Assembly: GCA_973851085.1 (NCBI GenBank)
Contig: OZ316776.1
Location: forward strand, 3,720,001-3,784,000
Direction: 5' to 3'
DNA: 64,000 nucleotides
Source of the DNA: Ptychomitrium polyphyllum
Taxonomy: Eukaryota
In this document: positions 1 through 13,515 of the stretch, in pieces
Layout: each line of letters starts with the position of its first letter
Numbering within the stretch: the stretch's first letter is position 1
The notes under the pieces: model-generated
Told to the model about the DNA's origin: nothing
The model's input: only the letters and a program-made list of their open reading frames with translations
Database searches by the model: none
Program-made: the position numbers and the translations under genes

Positions 1-18
1 TCTCCACGTTGAGTTCAC

Positions 19-2024
19 CTGATGCAGGTTCCACAACTTCGTCTTGTTGGCGGATGCGAGGTGCCAGTAGTTCAACACCACTGCCTCTTTCATTACCACG
101 AACCCCTCCGCCGCAGGATATTTCTCGAAGATCTTCGGCAACAAACTGCGCAACATGACAACACCATGGCAACATAATGACAAGACTGCACATCATGACA
201 ACAAATCCACGACAAAACAAAAATTCGTGCAATTCATCGAGCTTACCTGTAAGACATCCACCAGTCGCTAGCTCGGACTCCAAGTCCGGGTTCGTTCTCT
301 TGGGAGAGGATCACCACATGCTTGAACAAGCGACCGTAAAGAAGGCGCCAGGAGAGGACCGTGTGGTTGAGAGGCCAAGAGCACTCGAGGACAAGCACCA
401 TGTTGCCGTAGAACCGGCGCCATTTGAGAAAATCCACAAACTCTTCTTGCAATGCAGTGCCATCCTCCACTCCTAAGTGCACGGTGGGAAACGACCGCGG
501 GACGAATTGCTTGTGCGCTAGAGAGGGGTTGGTGGAGTCTACCGGCACGTCCAGATCGTTGCCCAGAAGTCGTGGTTGTCGCCACCCGACGGAGAGGAGA
601 TCCTTGAGCCAGTCGGTGGTGAGCTCCACGTCCTGCGCGCCCCAGAAGCCCTCCTCAGCCATGGTGTACGTCAGGTGGACGATCTTATCAAACAAGGTCG
701 ATGTCTTCGGTGATCGCCAGTTCACCAGAAATTCCACCAAACGGCGCGACTCTGCGTGCAGGTCCTTCTCGTCGAGGAAAGAGAGCGGGATTCCGGAGTC
801 TTCACGCACTACAGTGGGAGGATAGAGCACCATCATGCCGCCGATCTCCCAAAGGATGCGTTGCGCCCAGTAACCGCGCACGATGTCGGCCGCCTTCGGG
901 CTGATGGTCACGGGGAGCATCAAACCCCAGAAGGCGGACGACTGGAAGAGCGTGTTGAAGGCGTTGCAGGGCGCAAGAGTTCCGTGCGGGAGCGCGACAG
1001 GAGGCGCATTCGTGTCAAAGTTGATGTTGATGTTGCCATCATGGGAGCGCCGTGTGTTGTAGAAGATGGAGTCCACGTCGGGTAAGCCATTGGCGAGGCC
1101 TTGCTGGATAAACTGCTTGCCGGGGAAGACCTCGCTGTATGATATGTCGGGGGCGATTTGTTGAACGAATTCGAGGGGGTAGCCTCGCGGCCATACGGAT
1201 TTCTGGCCGAAGTGAATGAAGGGGTTGACGACCGTCCGGTTGGGGAGAGTGCGGAACTGCAGTATCGGCTCCCGGCGAGCTTTGCGTCCCTGGAGGTAGA
1301 CGTCGAAGCGGGACTCGAGGTCATCGCCAATGACAGACTCCTTCTCGTCAGCGTCGTAGATGATCTGCGCGCCGTGTTGGATTGCGAAGAGGTAGCCGAT
1401 GTTCTTCCGCAAGTAGGAGTTGTAAGGCATGTGCGCCAAAACGCGGTACCCGAGCGTTGCTTGATCGTCCATGGACAGGAAGATGACGCCCGCGACTTTC
1501 CAATCCGCGGGCGTGCCCTCCCCGCCCACCGCCACAACCTGCCATCCGCTCACCCTCGTTAGCGCTAGAATCTGCGACGTAGGAGGACCTAGCGCAGCCA
1601 CCACGATCCACTTATCCGTCCTCATTGCGGCATAGCGGCCCTTGTCCACGCGCGAGGAGATGTGGTGCACGTCCAAATCCGGGTACGGAATACGCAGCAA
1701 CTCCTCCGCCACTGTTTCCGCACACAGCAGCGCGCTCTGCCCACCTTGATTGCGCTGCATTACGATGAGGACGAGCGCACTGAGGAACACGAACACCACA
1801 ATCACGACCTTGGTGAGATTCTCTATGAGCCAGCCCCCGAGCAAGCTCAGGGCGCTGCTCTCCGCCTCAAAGGCGACATCCGGCAAGCGCATCACGTCGC
1901 TGTAAGGGTCCATGACCTCGTCATCCTCTGATTCCATCTCAATCGCAGCCGCTTCCGCCTCGGAAACATTTCGGGAGCCATTTCCCAACCACGCGGGTTT
2001 CCCGTTCTCTTTCTGCACGAGCAT
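19..2024 (-). CDS. STL: STELLO-like (DUF288) putative glycosyltransferase; 3' end lies beyond the left edge of the window
   Basis: Exon 1 is 2024-247 (593-aa ORF): N-terminal transmembrane helix, KWIVV, RKNIGYLFAIQHGAQIIYDADE (DxD), VNPFIHFG-WPRGYPL, IQQGLANGLPDVDS. A GT-AG intron (246-146) joins in frame to exon 145-19 (LLPKIFEKYPAAEGF...LNYWHL...KTKLW), which is followed by another GT donor. Confidence 0.92.
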
Positions 2025-4434
2025 TGCTCCTTCCCTTTCCCAATCCGAAGTTCCAATTGAGATTGTCTTAAGTCATCGACGATAATGTTGCAGCCATAGC
2101 CGAGCTCAACAATCTGGATCCGACCATCAAGCTTACGGGCGGCGACAACACAAGCACAGCCACTTGGTATGGTAGAATTTCCGCCCTAAATCTTGGAGTG
2201 GCACTCTGACTCTCGATGTTTTCGAGCAGCTCTAGAAATTTTCACAATCTCATGGATAACACTTGATTTTCTCCTCGCTTGCAAACGGATCTGCGCATCT
2301 ATCCCTCACTTTAGAAAGAGTGCCACTTGTTCGCAAACAGGATATGCCAAGTTTGGTAAAAGCGAAGAACATAGCAATTGCAAGCCTGCTTTCGGCACAA
2401 TGCTCTGCCACTTCAATCAAATGGCGAACCTGACAACCCCGAGGCTCCGACATACAATTATCCACATCAAACCACAGCTTTATCACCTTCTCTCCTCTCA
2501 ACAATAACAACACGCACACGTACTGCAAAATAAATACTCCAGTACAAAACCCAAATCTTTCTTCCGAACAGCTAATGGATTGCAATCGAAACCTACGCAC
2601 CCATAGCAAGAAAAAAACCTCTCTTCCATGTGATCTGTCCACTAGCACTGTCTGACAAGTTTCGGAACCCCAAAATGGACGCTTGAACCCAAAACTCTGA
2701 CTCAACGTCTCCACTCGCACAATGACTCCGCATGCACGAATCTACAACCCAACCCACCTCACCTGGAGGAGACGCAGCCTCGATGAGCTCAAACGACTAA
2801 AGGTTAAAGCTTTCAGCACGATGATTGCTCGAGGCCAAAACAACGATGACTCGCACACTTGCGAACACCGCCTCCCCTTGTGCTGCCCCAAGTTGGCTTC
2901 GGTAGCGCGACGATCAATTATGGCAATGAGTGACGGAGAACAGAGCTCAAGAGAGAGAGATGATAATAATGCAGCACAGAGACAAACAAAGAGAGAGAGA
3001 AAGCCAGACAGCAATGAGGGTGGTGCAGTTAAAGTCTAAGTTCCAGCAGAGCTCTCTCACTGTCCTTACCAGACCCTATTAACACGTTACCTGCCACCCT
3101 ACCATGACCCTGGGCACTCTACCTTGAAGTTGAAAACTTGAAGCTATTAGCTTAGAAATCCCTTAATGCGGTCTACGGCCAACTCCTCCATCAATCAATG
3201 GCGGCTTTGATTGTCGGAATGATGCGTCGGGCTTCATGATTGAGTCCGGTGTGTGGACGTACAGTGTACACTACCCTCGTCGCCACATTGGATGCATAAT
3301 CACGACGCCCCAAAACATACAAACAGCCCGTTCAGGACGAGCATTCGATCAGCGTCCGCCCTAGCCGTGACTTTGAGTAGACCACTCATGCCGCACCACT
3401 GATACCATATGTTTTGTGTCTTCGATCCATGGGTGTTTGCATTAGATTCCTCTCGCACTGGATTTAGAATGGAGTCGGTGATCAGGGTTTCTTGGCAAAG
3501 TGGCTAAAATAGGAAAAAGAATCATTGTTGGTAATAGGCCTTTCTGGACTTTGAAGCCAGCATGACAAGGAAAGCAGAAAATCTAACTCTTCAATTTGTG
3601 TCCGACATTAATTTATGCGAAAAATTCTACATTATAAACTTAAGGCTTGAAGATTTCAATGATACAGTGTTGAAATTTTAAAATAATGTTATAGCAGATG
3701 ACGATGCCATCTTTTTCCAAGGAAAGCAATGGCAGCTTTGTTGTATTGTTGCCCAGAGAATGCTTTGAAATGGCTCAATCTACATTCCTCCCAAAAATAC
3801 TGAACTACTAGGATTGAAGTCCACTTCAAAATCTCAACACAAAAACTCTTTCATGAACATATCATGCTTTCTACTATACGAGGCTATAGTAGCCACGACA
3901 GGTTCGTCTGTCTCAAGGAGCTCCGCATTGTACTTACAACTCCTTACAATGTAATTCTGTGCTATTTGTGGGGGAAAAAAGATGAGATGATAAAGAAAAA
4001 AAGAGGGTGACTACACGGGCCGGCGTCAATCATGAAAGCACAACCTTCCTTTAATACCGTATATTATCATTGCATCCAGTTAGGAACCAAAAAGTCGAAG
4101 AATAGAATGCAAGAGGACAACGGAACGACACTGCAAAATGTGATTTGCAGTTAATCAAATATATGAATGCCGTAGGGTTGTCACGGGTTTTACAATGCAC
4201 TGTGATATTGACAATCTTCAGGGAGAAAAAAAGCTGCAACAGCAACTGGAACTCGTCCGCTAGGCTTGATCCATTCTCTTTAAAATAGCTGCTTGTGAAA
4301 CAATACGGATGATAGAAGAATTGCACGAGAATCTGAGGTACTTGTGAATTCTACAACAAATGTGACTAGCTGAAGACCTCAAATAAACTACTTGATAATC
4401 AGCTATGCAATTCTACTCCAAATATAGAGATGCT

Positions 4435-7400
4435 CTACCTCCCTCGGCCTCTAAATCCTCCTCTCCCACCTCCACCTCCTCGTCCACCACCTCCACGGCC
4501 GCCTCTAAATCCTCCTCCGCCACGTCCACCACCTCCACCGCGGCCTCCACGAGAAGAAGAGCCTTCGAAAGAGCCTCTGCCACCACCACGACCGCCTCCG
4601 CCTCGGCTACCAAAAGAACCTCTGCCGCCCCCACGGCCACCTCGGCCTCTGGATGGAGGTCTATCTGATGACCATGAGTCATCCCGACCTCTGTAAGAAC
4701 GGCTGTCGCCCTCATCGTCTGAATATGCATCTCTTGATCTCCCTGTTGAGAACATAACCACACTTGTCAACACTTCGCAGGTTTCAAACTACCAACGCAA
4801 AACAGACTCATATGGTGGCTATCCCTTGTAAAGTTTTGCTCTGTAAGGGTAGGTCTATATGGGTTAAGCTGTGGCAATTATCTTCGATAACTGAGAGGAG
4901 AATTTCCTCTAGATATTCAAAAGTTGACTACTTCGAAGAATTAGAACTTGGTTTGGAAAACAACAGCACTTTGTCTAAGAAGGCATGGGAAGGACGTAAT
5001 GTACTCTTCGGGAGAGAAAAAAGATAAAGATAAATAGCAGTTGTAATATGAAGGAGTATTACCTCGTGACTCCATACTACCGCCATTTCTTGTCCAAGGA
5101 GCTCTTGACCTTCCTGCTCCAGAATCAAAGCTACCCCGACCTCCTCGGCCACCCCTTCCTCTTGTAAATTCTCTTCCTGGACCGCCTCGGCTGGAAGACA
5201 CTGCACGTTCCTTCTCGTCATCGTCCTCATCACCGAAATCCAAGTCTTCAAAATCTTCAAAATCTTCAGAATCTTCCTCGCCTCCCGAACTAGAACTCAA
5301 CTCAAGCTCTCCGCGGTTACGCCCGTTTGAAAGTGGCTCAGAGTGGCTTCTCATTCTTGAGACACCTGAGTTCCAAGGTTCAGATCTGTCATCTGAAAGA
5401 CCTCTCCTGAACCCCTTTTCAGGAGCACCTCTAACCCGTGTGGAAATCCTCTCCTCAGGTTCACTGTCTTCGTTCTCATTTCCAAAGTCTATATCTTTAT
5501 AATCATCATCTGAACTAATGGTGCTTGCAAAATCTCCGTCAGAACCATCACTAATATCAAAATTGAAACGACTGGGTTTTGCCTCGGTCCTTGTAGGTTT
5601 CCACTCTTCATGCTTTCTTCGCCCACCAAATTCTGCACTGCGAGGACTTTCAAACCTTTCAAGTCCTTCCTCCCTGTCATTTTGTGAAGATCTCTCCCAT
5701 ATATCCCTTGAAGGTCGACTGCGCTCCTCAGACCGTGAGAATGTTGGTCGACCCCGTTCTGCTGAACGCTCGTAAGAAGATTGACCATATGACGGACGAC
5801 CACGATCTTCGTATGAAGAGCGCCCACGCTCTTCAGTTCGTCCATATGAGCTTCTTGAGGTTTCCCGGTCCCATTGCTCGGGTCTCCCGGAATCACCCCT
5901 ATCAGATGCTCTACCAGCTCCTCTTGGCCGCTCAGTCCGACATTCATAACATTCTTTGTTCCTGGAGAAGTTGTGGAACTTGCACCTGAAAGCATAACAA
6001 GTACTTTTGTAATTAACTCCATTTTCAGGGAAACAATGAACTTCATTACCAGTATGAAGAACAAAAACTTGCTCAGATACTTCAAAGCCTGATATAGCCC
6101 ACAGATCTCTACTCTCTCCATACCAAACGAACTGAATTACAATGTGGACAATACGATATTCAATATATTCTCTAGAGAATCTACAGAAATAAACAATAAT
6201 GTCCTGGTTGTCGCCTGCAAAGTAGAAAGGTAGTGAAAGTGTAAGACTACCTGGGACACTCCCAATCTCCCTCCTTTATCTCAGCCTTGATATTTTTAGT
6301 CTGACATTTCCGACACGCAACGTTCCGAGAAAAGTTGATGAAGCCACAGCTGCGTAGAAAGCAAACACTTACAATAAGACCATATAGAGCTAACCACGTT
6401 GGCATCAGAGTCAATTCAGAAGCTCTGGATCTGGAATCGGTAATTCCCAGTACATTTACTAGAATTGCAAGAACAAGCGATGTTGTTCAAATGCAGATTG
6501 TTTAAATACCGAGATGGCGCAAGATTAAAACAAAATGTCGATGAGACTCTTACTCTGGACACTGCCAATCCCCAGGAGGAAGCTCTAGTCGGGGGCGTAG
6601 GGTTTCACACTCTCGGCATTCCTTGTTTCTTGAAAAATTTATGAAGCTGCATCTGTACCAGAGAAAAACACAACTAAATATCATTGGAGAACATCTGAAG
6701 CTGTGAGAGAACACGAACTGTGAAGACATACAAGTTCCAAAAGCACCGGTTGCAAAGACATGCAACCCTACAGCGCTCAGAATACATGAATGATTATTGG
6801 TTCATATGGACATCCAAAACGAACACCAAAATCCTGCATTAGCCAGATAACCGCCTCGGCTAGATGATCAAGCTAAAGTCAAAAGGATCATACTCTGGAC
6901 ACTTCCAGTCTCCTGGTTTCATGTCGATGTTGTCCATGTGCGCATTTCTTCTCACTATTTTTGACTCCCGCGGAGGATTTACAGGCCGAGGGGTAGGAGG
7001 GGGCAAAGAGGGATCCCGAGGAATCTTAGCTGCCCTGACGACCTCCATCAACAATTCTCTGGCAGCACGCTCAACATCACCTGTATCAAGTGCAGAAATC
7101 CATACGCCATGAGCTCTACAACACTTTAAAATCGCACGTAAATATGTAAATTCACAGTTGGATAGCCCCAACTGCTCTAATGCTTCAATTATTTGACTCA
7201 GAGCAAAAAAAATGGAAAAAATGCGCTAAAAGTCAGCCATGACCTTGAAACCTATACAGGACAAGCGACCTGGTTCATCTGTTGATGCCCATACCTGGCA
7301 TTGTGCGGGATGAAGATTTTGCGAGCATAGCATATGCGACAAGGAGGCGAACAACATCTTGAGTTGCAACTCCTTCATTGTTTGATGGTTTATTGTAAGC

Positions 7401-8862
7401 TCGTTCACACGCATTCCGGATGTCACACGGTTTGCAGACCTGCACAAAACGTGATACCAAGTCAACATATAATCGCAATACACGGAGTGATCATGTAACA
7501 ATTAATATACATCGCGAGCGAATTTCATACGTATTGAAACACGAGAGGAGTTGGCTTCACCGCTCCTACAAGCCGTTAGAAGAACATGAAGGCACAAAAA
7601 TCCGCAAGTGAGGGTAATTATAGAACCTTTATGAAAGAGAAATACAACTGGTGACCCCGCACAAAAGACCGGGGAAACCAAACTGACAAAAGATCGATCG
7701 AGCAACCGGTTGAAAACGAATCTGAACGCCCTGAAATGAGTAGGAATATCGACTTACATGGGCTTCAGCAATATCTAGAGAAACTCTGAGCCGCTTGCCT
7801 GCATTCACGATTTTCCTGTCAGTGCTTGGGCAGCCGAACTCCGCAAGTACCCGCAGCAATTTAGACGACAGTACACTGCAAGAACAAAAATTCCAATAAC
7901 ATTAGCCTCTTTGTGCTTCATAAGCCAAAACCCACAAGTACCAACATAGTTCAACACACCCACTGTTATGCATAATCACAACCACACCATCATAATGCTT
8001 TAAGTATATAACACTCCTTATATTAACAAAGTTTCAAATCTCTGATTCCCGCGTTAGAAAACCTCAGCTTTGCAATGCAGACAAAGATTCTGGTGGACTC
8101 GTACTTGAGCACATCATCTCTGTTGCGAGCAAAGGCCATTGCAGCGCGTTTGATTTTGCCGAAGTCGTCCTCTTGTCGGACCACCGGCCTCCTGTCTGTG
8201 GTTTCAATGTCAAAAATAAAATGACCTCCAGCTTGAAGCATATTGAGGAACTTGTCCCATTCGGGCCATGGATGTTGATCTTCAAGCTTCTTGTGTTCAC
8301 TTTCCTCTGATTCACCATCCACCAACACCGACTCTGGACGACCTCCATCGCTTAGAAGGTCGACGGTACCCAATGCTTCCTCGACATCCTCCTGCAGGGC
8401 GGCATGGACGACCTTATCATACTGGTCCTCCACTGCAATTGCCGAAGAGTCCACATTCCCACCTAACCTATCCTCATCTTCCCCTTCCGTCGCTGATGAG
8501 GCAGCCGTAACTTTTGTATCCCCCTGCAAATCTTTGAAGCCCTTCGTATCTTGATTCTCCTCCAAGACGCTCAAGGACGCTTCAGCAAGCGCTGGCCCAG
8601 AACCCTGTGCAGACTCCAAACTGGAGGAGGACAGAGCGCGAACACTCTGGAACCCAAATGCGGACGACCCATGCTGCGGTCTCCACACCGGAAAAGAACC
8701 TTGAGATACGCGACAATGCGACCTTAAAATGTATGACGACGAAGTGATAGCGCGACTACAAAAACCCACCCTTGCAGCAGACGACGCCAAGCACAACGTC
8801 CCGTGCCGGAAGTACACCAGCCATGACCGCTGCAATATCTGAGTGCTACACGAGAGAGCCAT
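4435..8862 (-). CDS. Organelle zinc finger (OZ/VAR3 family) protein: transit peptide, OZ domain, three RanBP2 zinc fingers, acidic/RS region, RGG-rich tail
   Basis: ATG at 8862 (MALSCSTQILQRSW..., Ser/Arg-rich presequence). Family motifs HPWPEW, GKIKRAAMAFARNRDD, GCPSTDRKIVNAGKRLR and VCKPCDIRNACERAY. Three GDWxCPxCxFxNFSRNxxCxxC fingers. GT-AG exons approximately 8862-8105, 7875-7758, 7438-7295, 7080-6894, 6652-6554, 6349-6251, 5985-5063, 4742-4435 (TAG). Confidence 0.9.
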
Positions 8863-9118
8863 TGTGCTCCCGCACACACACCAACTCTCACAACAGTCAC
8901 AACTTCTCCCACAAAACCCACACCAATGGAGCTTTCTCCACCCAGCAGCCACCGCCAAACGAAAGCTAACCTCTCACTCCAAAACCTAAACGGGGTCCGC
9001 ACCTCCAACCCCCGCCATGAGTGCAACCACAGAATATGGTTTCCACACCACCCTGTAAACTCTGGAGAGTTCCTGAATGGGTCCGCGAAGTAGACCAAGC
9101 CCTGCAATCTCGAGCCTT

Positions 9119-9127
9119 AAACCCTAA
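9119..9127. promoter_or_regulatory. Telo-box (AAACCCTAA) in the short divergent promoter between the OZ and TcdA-like genes
   Basis: Exact AAACCCTAA between ATG 8862(-) and ATG 9687(+); a known plant promoter element. Function here is not demonstrated. Confidence 0.45.
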
Positions 9128-9510
9128 ACCGAAAACCCCGCCCTTGAAGAAGATGGGGTTCACAACTCGATGAGCAACCCAGCCGCCTCGTTACCGGTCC
9201 GAACAGAACTCTATTCTTCATCGGTCATCACTTTCCACATAGGAGGCGAATCTATCCATTTTGCGTGATGATATTTTTGCAACTTTTTCTGTAAATTTTT
9301 TCTAGTTGGAGTAAGTTCTTCTATATCTTTCTAGGTTTTAGGTTGGCACAGTCGTTTAAGCCACGGTCGTAGAGAAGGAAATTCTCGGTTGTAGAGGAGG
9401 GTGGACCTGACAGGGAGTTCGCAAGGACACTGCCAGTGTTGAGAGGATCCTCAACAACACCGGGAGAGAGAGTTGGTTGTGAGACGATGATGGGTGAGAT
9501 CATTCAATGG

Positions 9511-9512
<2 letters not shown>

Positions 9513-9544
<32 letters not shown>
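9513..9544. repeat. (GT)16 microsatellite in the 5' leader of the TcdA-like gene
   Basis: Directly visible perfect dinucleotide run. Confidence 0.95.
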
Positions 9545-9546
<2 letters not shown>

Positions 9547-9686
9547 ACAGCGAATTGGCGATTGCATGTTGAAGGGTTCTCGGGGGATGTGATGTGATGT
9601 GATGGCCTCGTTAGCAGTGATGATGCGGCGGCTCTTCCACGAACTGTGACGTTGTGGCGTTCTGGCTGGTGGTGACAAAGGAAACG

Positions 9687-12600
9687 ATGGTGGGCTCTTC
9701 TACCAGTTCATTGCTGGTGCTGGGGGCAGGGGCTGTGCTGGGTTCCGCCATTACGCTCGTCCTCATCTCTTGGCGCACCCCGAAGGGCAGCAGCAGCCGG
9801 TACTTCCTCCACTCTGCCGATATCGAATGATGGCGTCAATCTGCTTCTGTGATTTGTGATCAGGAAATGCGTCCCTGTTGTGATCGTTACCATGGCGTGA
9901 GTTTCCTTTTACGAGCTTTGGAGCTGTTTTGTTTCTCATGAGCACGGTCGATCGGGCTGCATGTCCTAGCTCCTGTTAAATCACTTACCTTCATATTTGA
10001 GGGACTCGGTGAGGTAATGATAATCTTTTGGTGTGTTTGTTTGGCCTTCAATGTCAAGGCTGTGGGGGTGGTGACAATGAGGGTTAGTAGGAGTGGTGGT
10101 TTCACGAAATCTGCTCTGAACATAATCTTTGTTGCAATTTCGCAGGAAAATACTGACAATTCCGTCACTCGTTAAGAATCCCACTTATGAACCATTCTTA
10201 GAGCCTGGTAAAACGGTGAACGGTGAAGTTGGTAACTCCTCGAAACTCCCCTGAGTGAGCAACGTGTCTGGATATTTTTTGGTTTATTCGTTGGTTTGAA
10301 GCATATCTGGTTGAAGGAACTCAATGATGATTCCCACCTTGAACCCTAAACCTGACTGATCCACTCCGTTAAGAAGATCAAATCACTTCAACTGTGGCGC
10401 TCAGCACGTACTCTTGCCTGAGTTGCCGATGTCTAGATTATTGCTACCCGTTGTATAGCTAGCTGGTAGCGAAGCAAAATATTTGAAGTGGTTGTGCTAG
10501 AATGCGCTTGTAATTATTACGTTTTTTGTGCAGAAACTGGGTACGACAAACTGCTGGCACTGCCAAAATTGAGTAATAATCTTCCAGTTGAAGATTTTTT
10601 GCGTGATGAGATAGTCAATGAGCAATTCACCAGGTATAAGCAAAATCCAGAAAGTCTTTTAACTTTTTATTTGTACTGTTAACCAAGTGTTCTCCATTTC
10701 TGTTGCACTTGCATTTTGTAGAAACGGACGCGTCTTTAATGAGAGCATGGCATGTTGTCGACCTGTTCTTATCCTTGTTTCGGCACAAGTGTCATAATCC
10801 ATCGTCATTCAATGAGTGTTTGCATAGCTTTGACCTCTTGTCAAGCCAAAAACAAGTAATGATGAGCATGGAGACTGTATTTCTTGATCAGGAATGTACA
10901 ATTCTTTGGAGATGCGGGCCAATTGAAGGTGCACCGTGCTTTTGTAGTGGTAGTTGGGCTTGGTGGCGTAGGAAGCCATGCAGCCGCTATGCTACTGCGG
11001 TCTGGAGTTGGCAAGTTACGATTGATTGATTTCGATCAGGTCCGTGTCATGAGGTGAAACGTCCTCCAAAGTGGTTCAGATTCGAATTGTTCCGCTACGT
11101 TGTTACTCCTATTTGGTTCTATGTAGCCCCTGATTCTTCAGTCTGAATGATTCACCGTGAAAATTTTGAAGTCTCGCTGTGCTCTTGCTGTGCTCTCGCT
11201 TGGCCCCGGAAATGTGAGAATTGCATTATGTAGAACGTTCACCTTGATGCTTGAATTCTTTGTACACTAGGTTCCTTGGCTAACTTGGCGTAGTTTGCCA
11301 GGTCTCTCTCTCATCATTGAATCGTCATGCGGTCGCTACTCGAGCAGATGTTGGCATGTCGAAAGCTGTATGCTTGCAAAATCACTTTCAACGAATTTTT
11401 CCGGAGTGTCAAGTTGAGGCACGGAATCAAATGTTTGATGCATCTGCACAAGACGAGCTTCTTTCTGGCTCTCCTGACTATGTCCTTGACTGTATTGACA
11501 ACATTGACACCAAGGTCCTCGCACTTATCTGCTACTCTAGTGTAAATATTTCTAGAACGAGATTGTCTTGCTTAACGTACAGACACTCTTACAGGACTCT
11601 TTGTAGGGAAATTATCCTCTCTGTTTGATATTGTGGTAGTAAGCAGTCTAGATCCATCAAAGGCTAGTTTGTGCACCCAGTCAATTCATTGTCTCAATTG
11701 AATCTTAGGTTCCCCTTTGCTGTAAGATTTGGTTTTCAACATTTACGCTGTGTTGTCGCCTAAGCTTCGCAGTTAAATGTTTGAGAACACATAGTTTTGA
11801 TGAATGCTACTCTACGCATTGTGAAGTGCATTTTGACAACTCGTCATCTTTCGTATAATAAACTTTTTCATTTTTTGTTTGTTATTTGTGTGCACAGGTA
11901 GCCCTTTTGGCAGCGTGCGTCAAGAAGGGCCTGAAAGTTTTGTCAGCAACAGGAGCTGGTGCTAGGGTGGATCCTACTCGTATTCGCATTGCAGACTTGA
12001 AGGAATCGTCGAATGATCCTCTTTCTCGATCTGTGAGTTTCTGCCCAAGGTTGTACAAAACATGGCAAGAGAAATGGACTCGTTGGTTCTGACCTCGGAA
12101 AAAAATTGCATTGTGTAAGTCCTGAAAAAGACGTTGATTGTGACAGGTAAGGTATCGCTTGAGAAGAGAACATGGCATTCATGGAGGGATCCCAGTGGTT
12201 TTCTCTCTGGAAAAACCGAAAGTCAAGTTGCTACCTTTCAAGGGTCCCAACGGAGAAGACGCACAGCCATCGGACTATCAGGTTCGTCTACTTCTGGTAA
12301 TTAGATGGAGAACTGGGTACCGTTTCAAGTGGTATTTGCAGGCTTTTAGTATAGAATTGCATATGTTTGCATTAGCAGTATTTGGCTTTCTTAGTCAACT
12401 TGTCCCAGAGCTATCTACTGTTGGTTTTCGCGTCTATTGAACGAGGAATGAATGAAAGTAATGTAAATATGATGCAGGTAGTTCCAGGGTTCAGAGTGCG
12501 TATCATTCCAGTGATGGGCACCATTCCGGCAATATTCGGTCAAGTAATGGCTACGTATGTAGTCACTTTAATCGCAGGCATGCCTGTGCAAACCGAGCCT

Positions 12601-13515
12601 GTGGTAAACCTGGATGTGGAGCACTATGGGATACTGCACCAGCGGTTAATTGAACGGGAAGAGCTTCAGTTTGGCTCTGCTGAAGCTGTTGAGGTATTAT
12701 CTAATGCTTCTCTGGGTGCAAATCGTTTCAGGGATGTAATCCCCTTTTTTAAGTGCTTCTGGATGCTGATGCAACGGTACTCGTGTCATGCAGGTGGACA
12801 GAGAAGAAGTTGCCTATGTAGTACGAGAACTTTGGCGGGGCCGTAGTGCTAGAGACCAAGATTCCACTAGTGTGGGTAGAGGCATGTGGCGCTCTATGAA
12901 CAACCTCACACTTACCAGGTAACTATGATCTTGTTTGTGTGGTCTAATATTGAATATCATTTATATAACACATCTTCAAATATGTGTTACTTGCTGTTCA
13001 AGCCTGTGTCTCATCTTTTGTTACTACATTGGAGTGTGGAGGAAATTCATAGTTACACTTTGGTGTACACTGCCCATCCCTGTTGTGAAAATGGGCTTTA
13101 TGGCTACAGTAGTTATAGTGATGATCACTTGGCGATTGCTGTTTCGTGTTTTTATTACTGTTAGTTGATGCAATACTGAATGCATTGTGTGGGGAAGCAG
13201 ATGGGACCAATCGCGGGCACCTACTATTGACAACCTGGTGTTGTTAACCTTTGACGAGGTGAGTGTTAACTGCCGACGCCTACATCATGCCATCCGCACA
13301 TGTTCATATCTTTAGTATCATATGAAATTATTTTTACTTTTTAATACGTGAACATTTCAACGTGTGTTAGCTTGGCAGTCATCCAATGCGAACTGCTGTT
13401 TTTGCAGGCGGAAGCTCATGAATCCACAACCCTGGAAGATTTAGCTTTTGATGAATGGGAATTCTATTCTATGGTTGAATCTGTATTGGCTCGGGCAGCA
13501 AGAGATTTAAGTTAG
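9687..13515 (+). CDS. TCD: tRNA threonylcarbamoyladenosine dehydratase (TcdA/CsdL, ThiF/E1-like family) with N-terminal membrane anchor
   Basis: ATG at 9687 (MVGSSTSSLLVLGAGAVLGSAITLVLISW). Spliced exons give FLRDEIVNEQFTRNVQFFG, VVVVGLGGVGSHAAAMLLRSGVGKLRLIDFDQVSLSSLNRHAVATRADVG, DYVLDCIDNIDTK, TGAGARVDPTRIRIADL-DPLSRSVR, IPVVFSLEKP, FRVRIIPVMGTIPAIFG. TAG at 13513-13515. Confidence 0.92.

Noticed and set aside
4405..4696. Pro-rich and Ser/Thr-rich plus-strand ORFs resembling extensin or mucin
   Set aside because: They are the antisense reading of the RGG-coding last exon of the OZ gene.
9602..9690. Short upstream ORF (MASLAVMMRRLFHEL*) and a possible CUG start or read-through for the TcdA-like gene
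   Set aside because: ATG 9687 is in frame with the membrane anchor, so no non-canonical start is needed. Nothing supports a function for the uORF.
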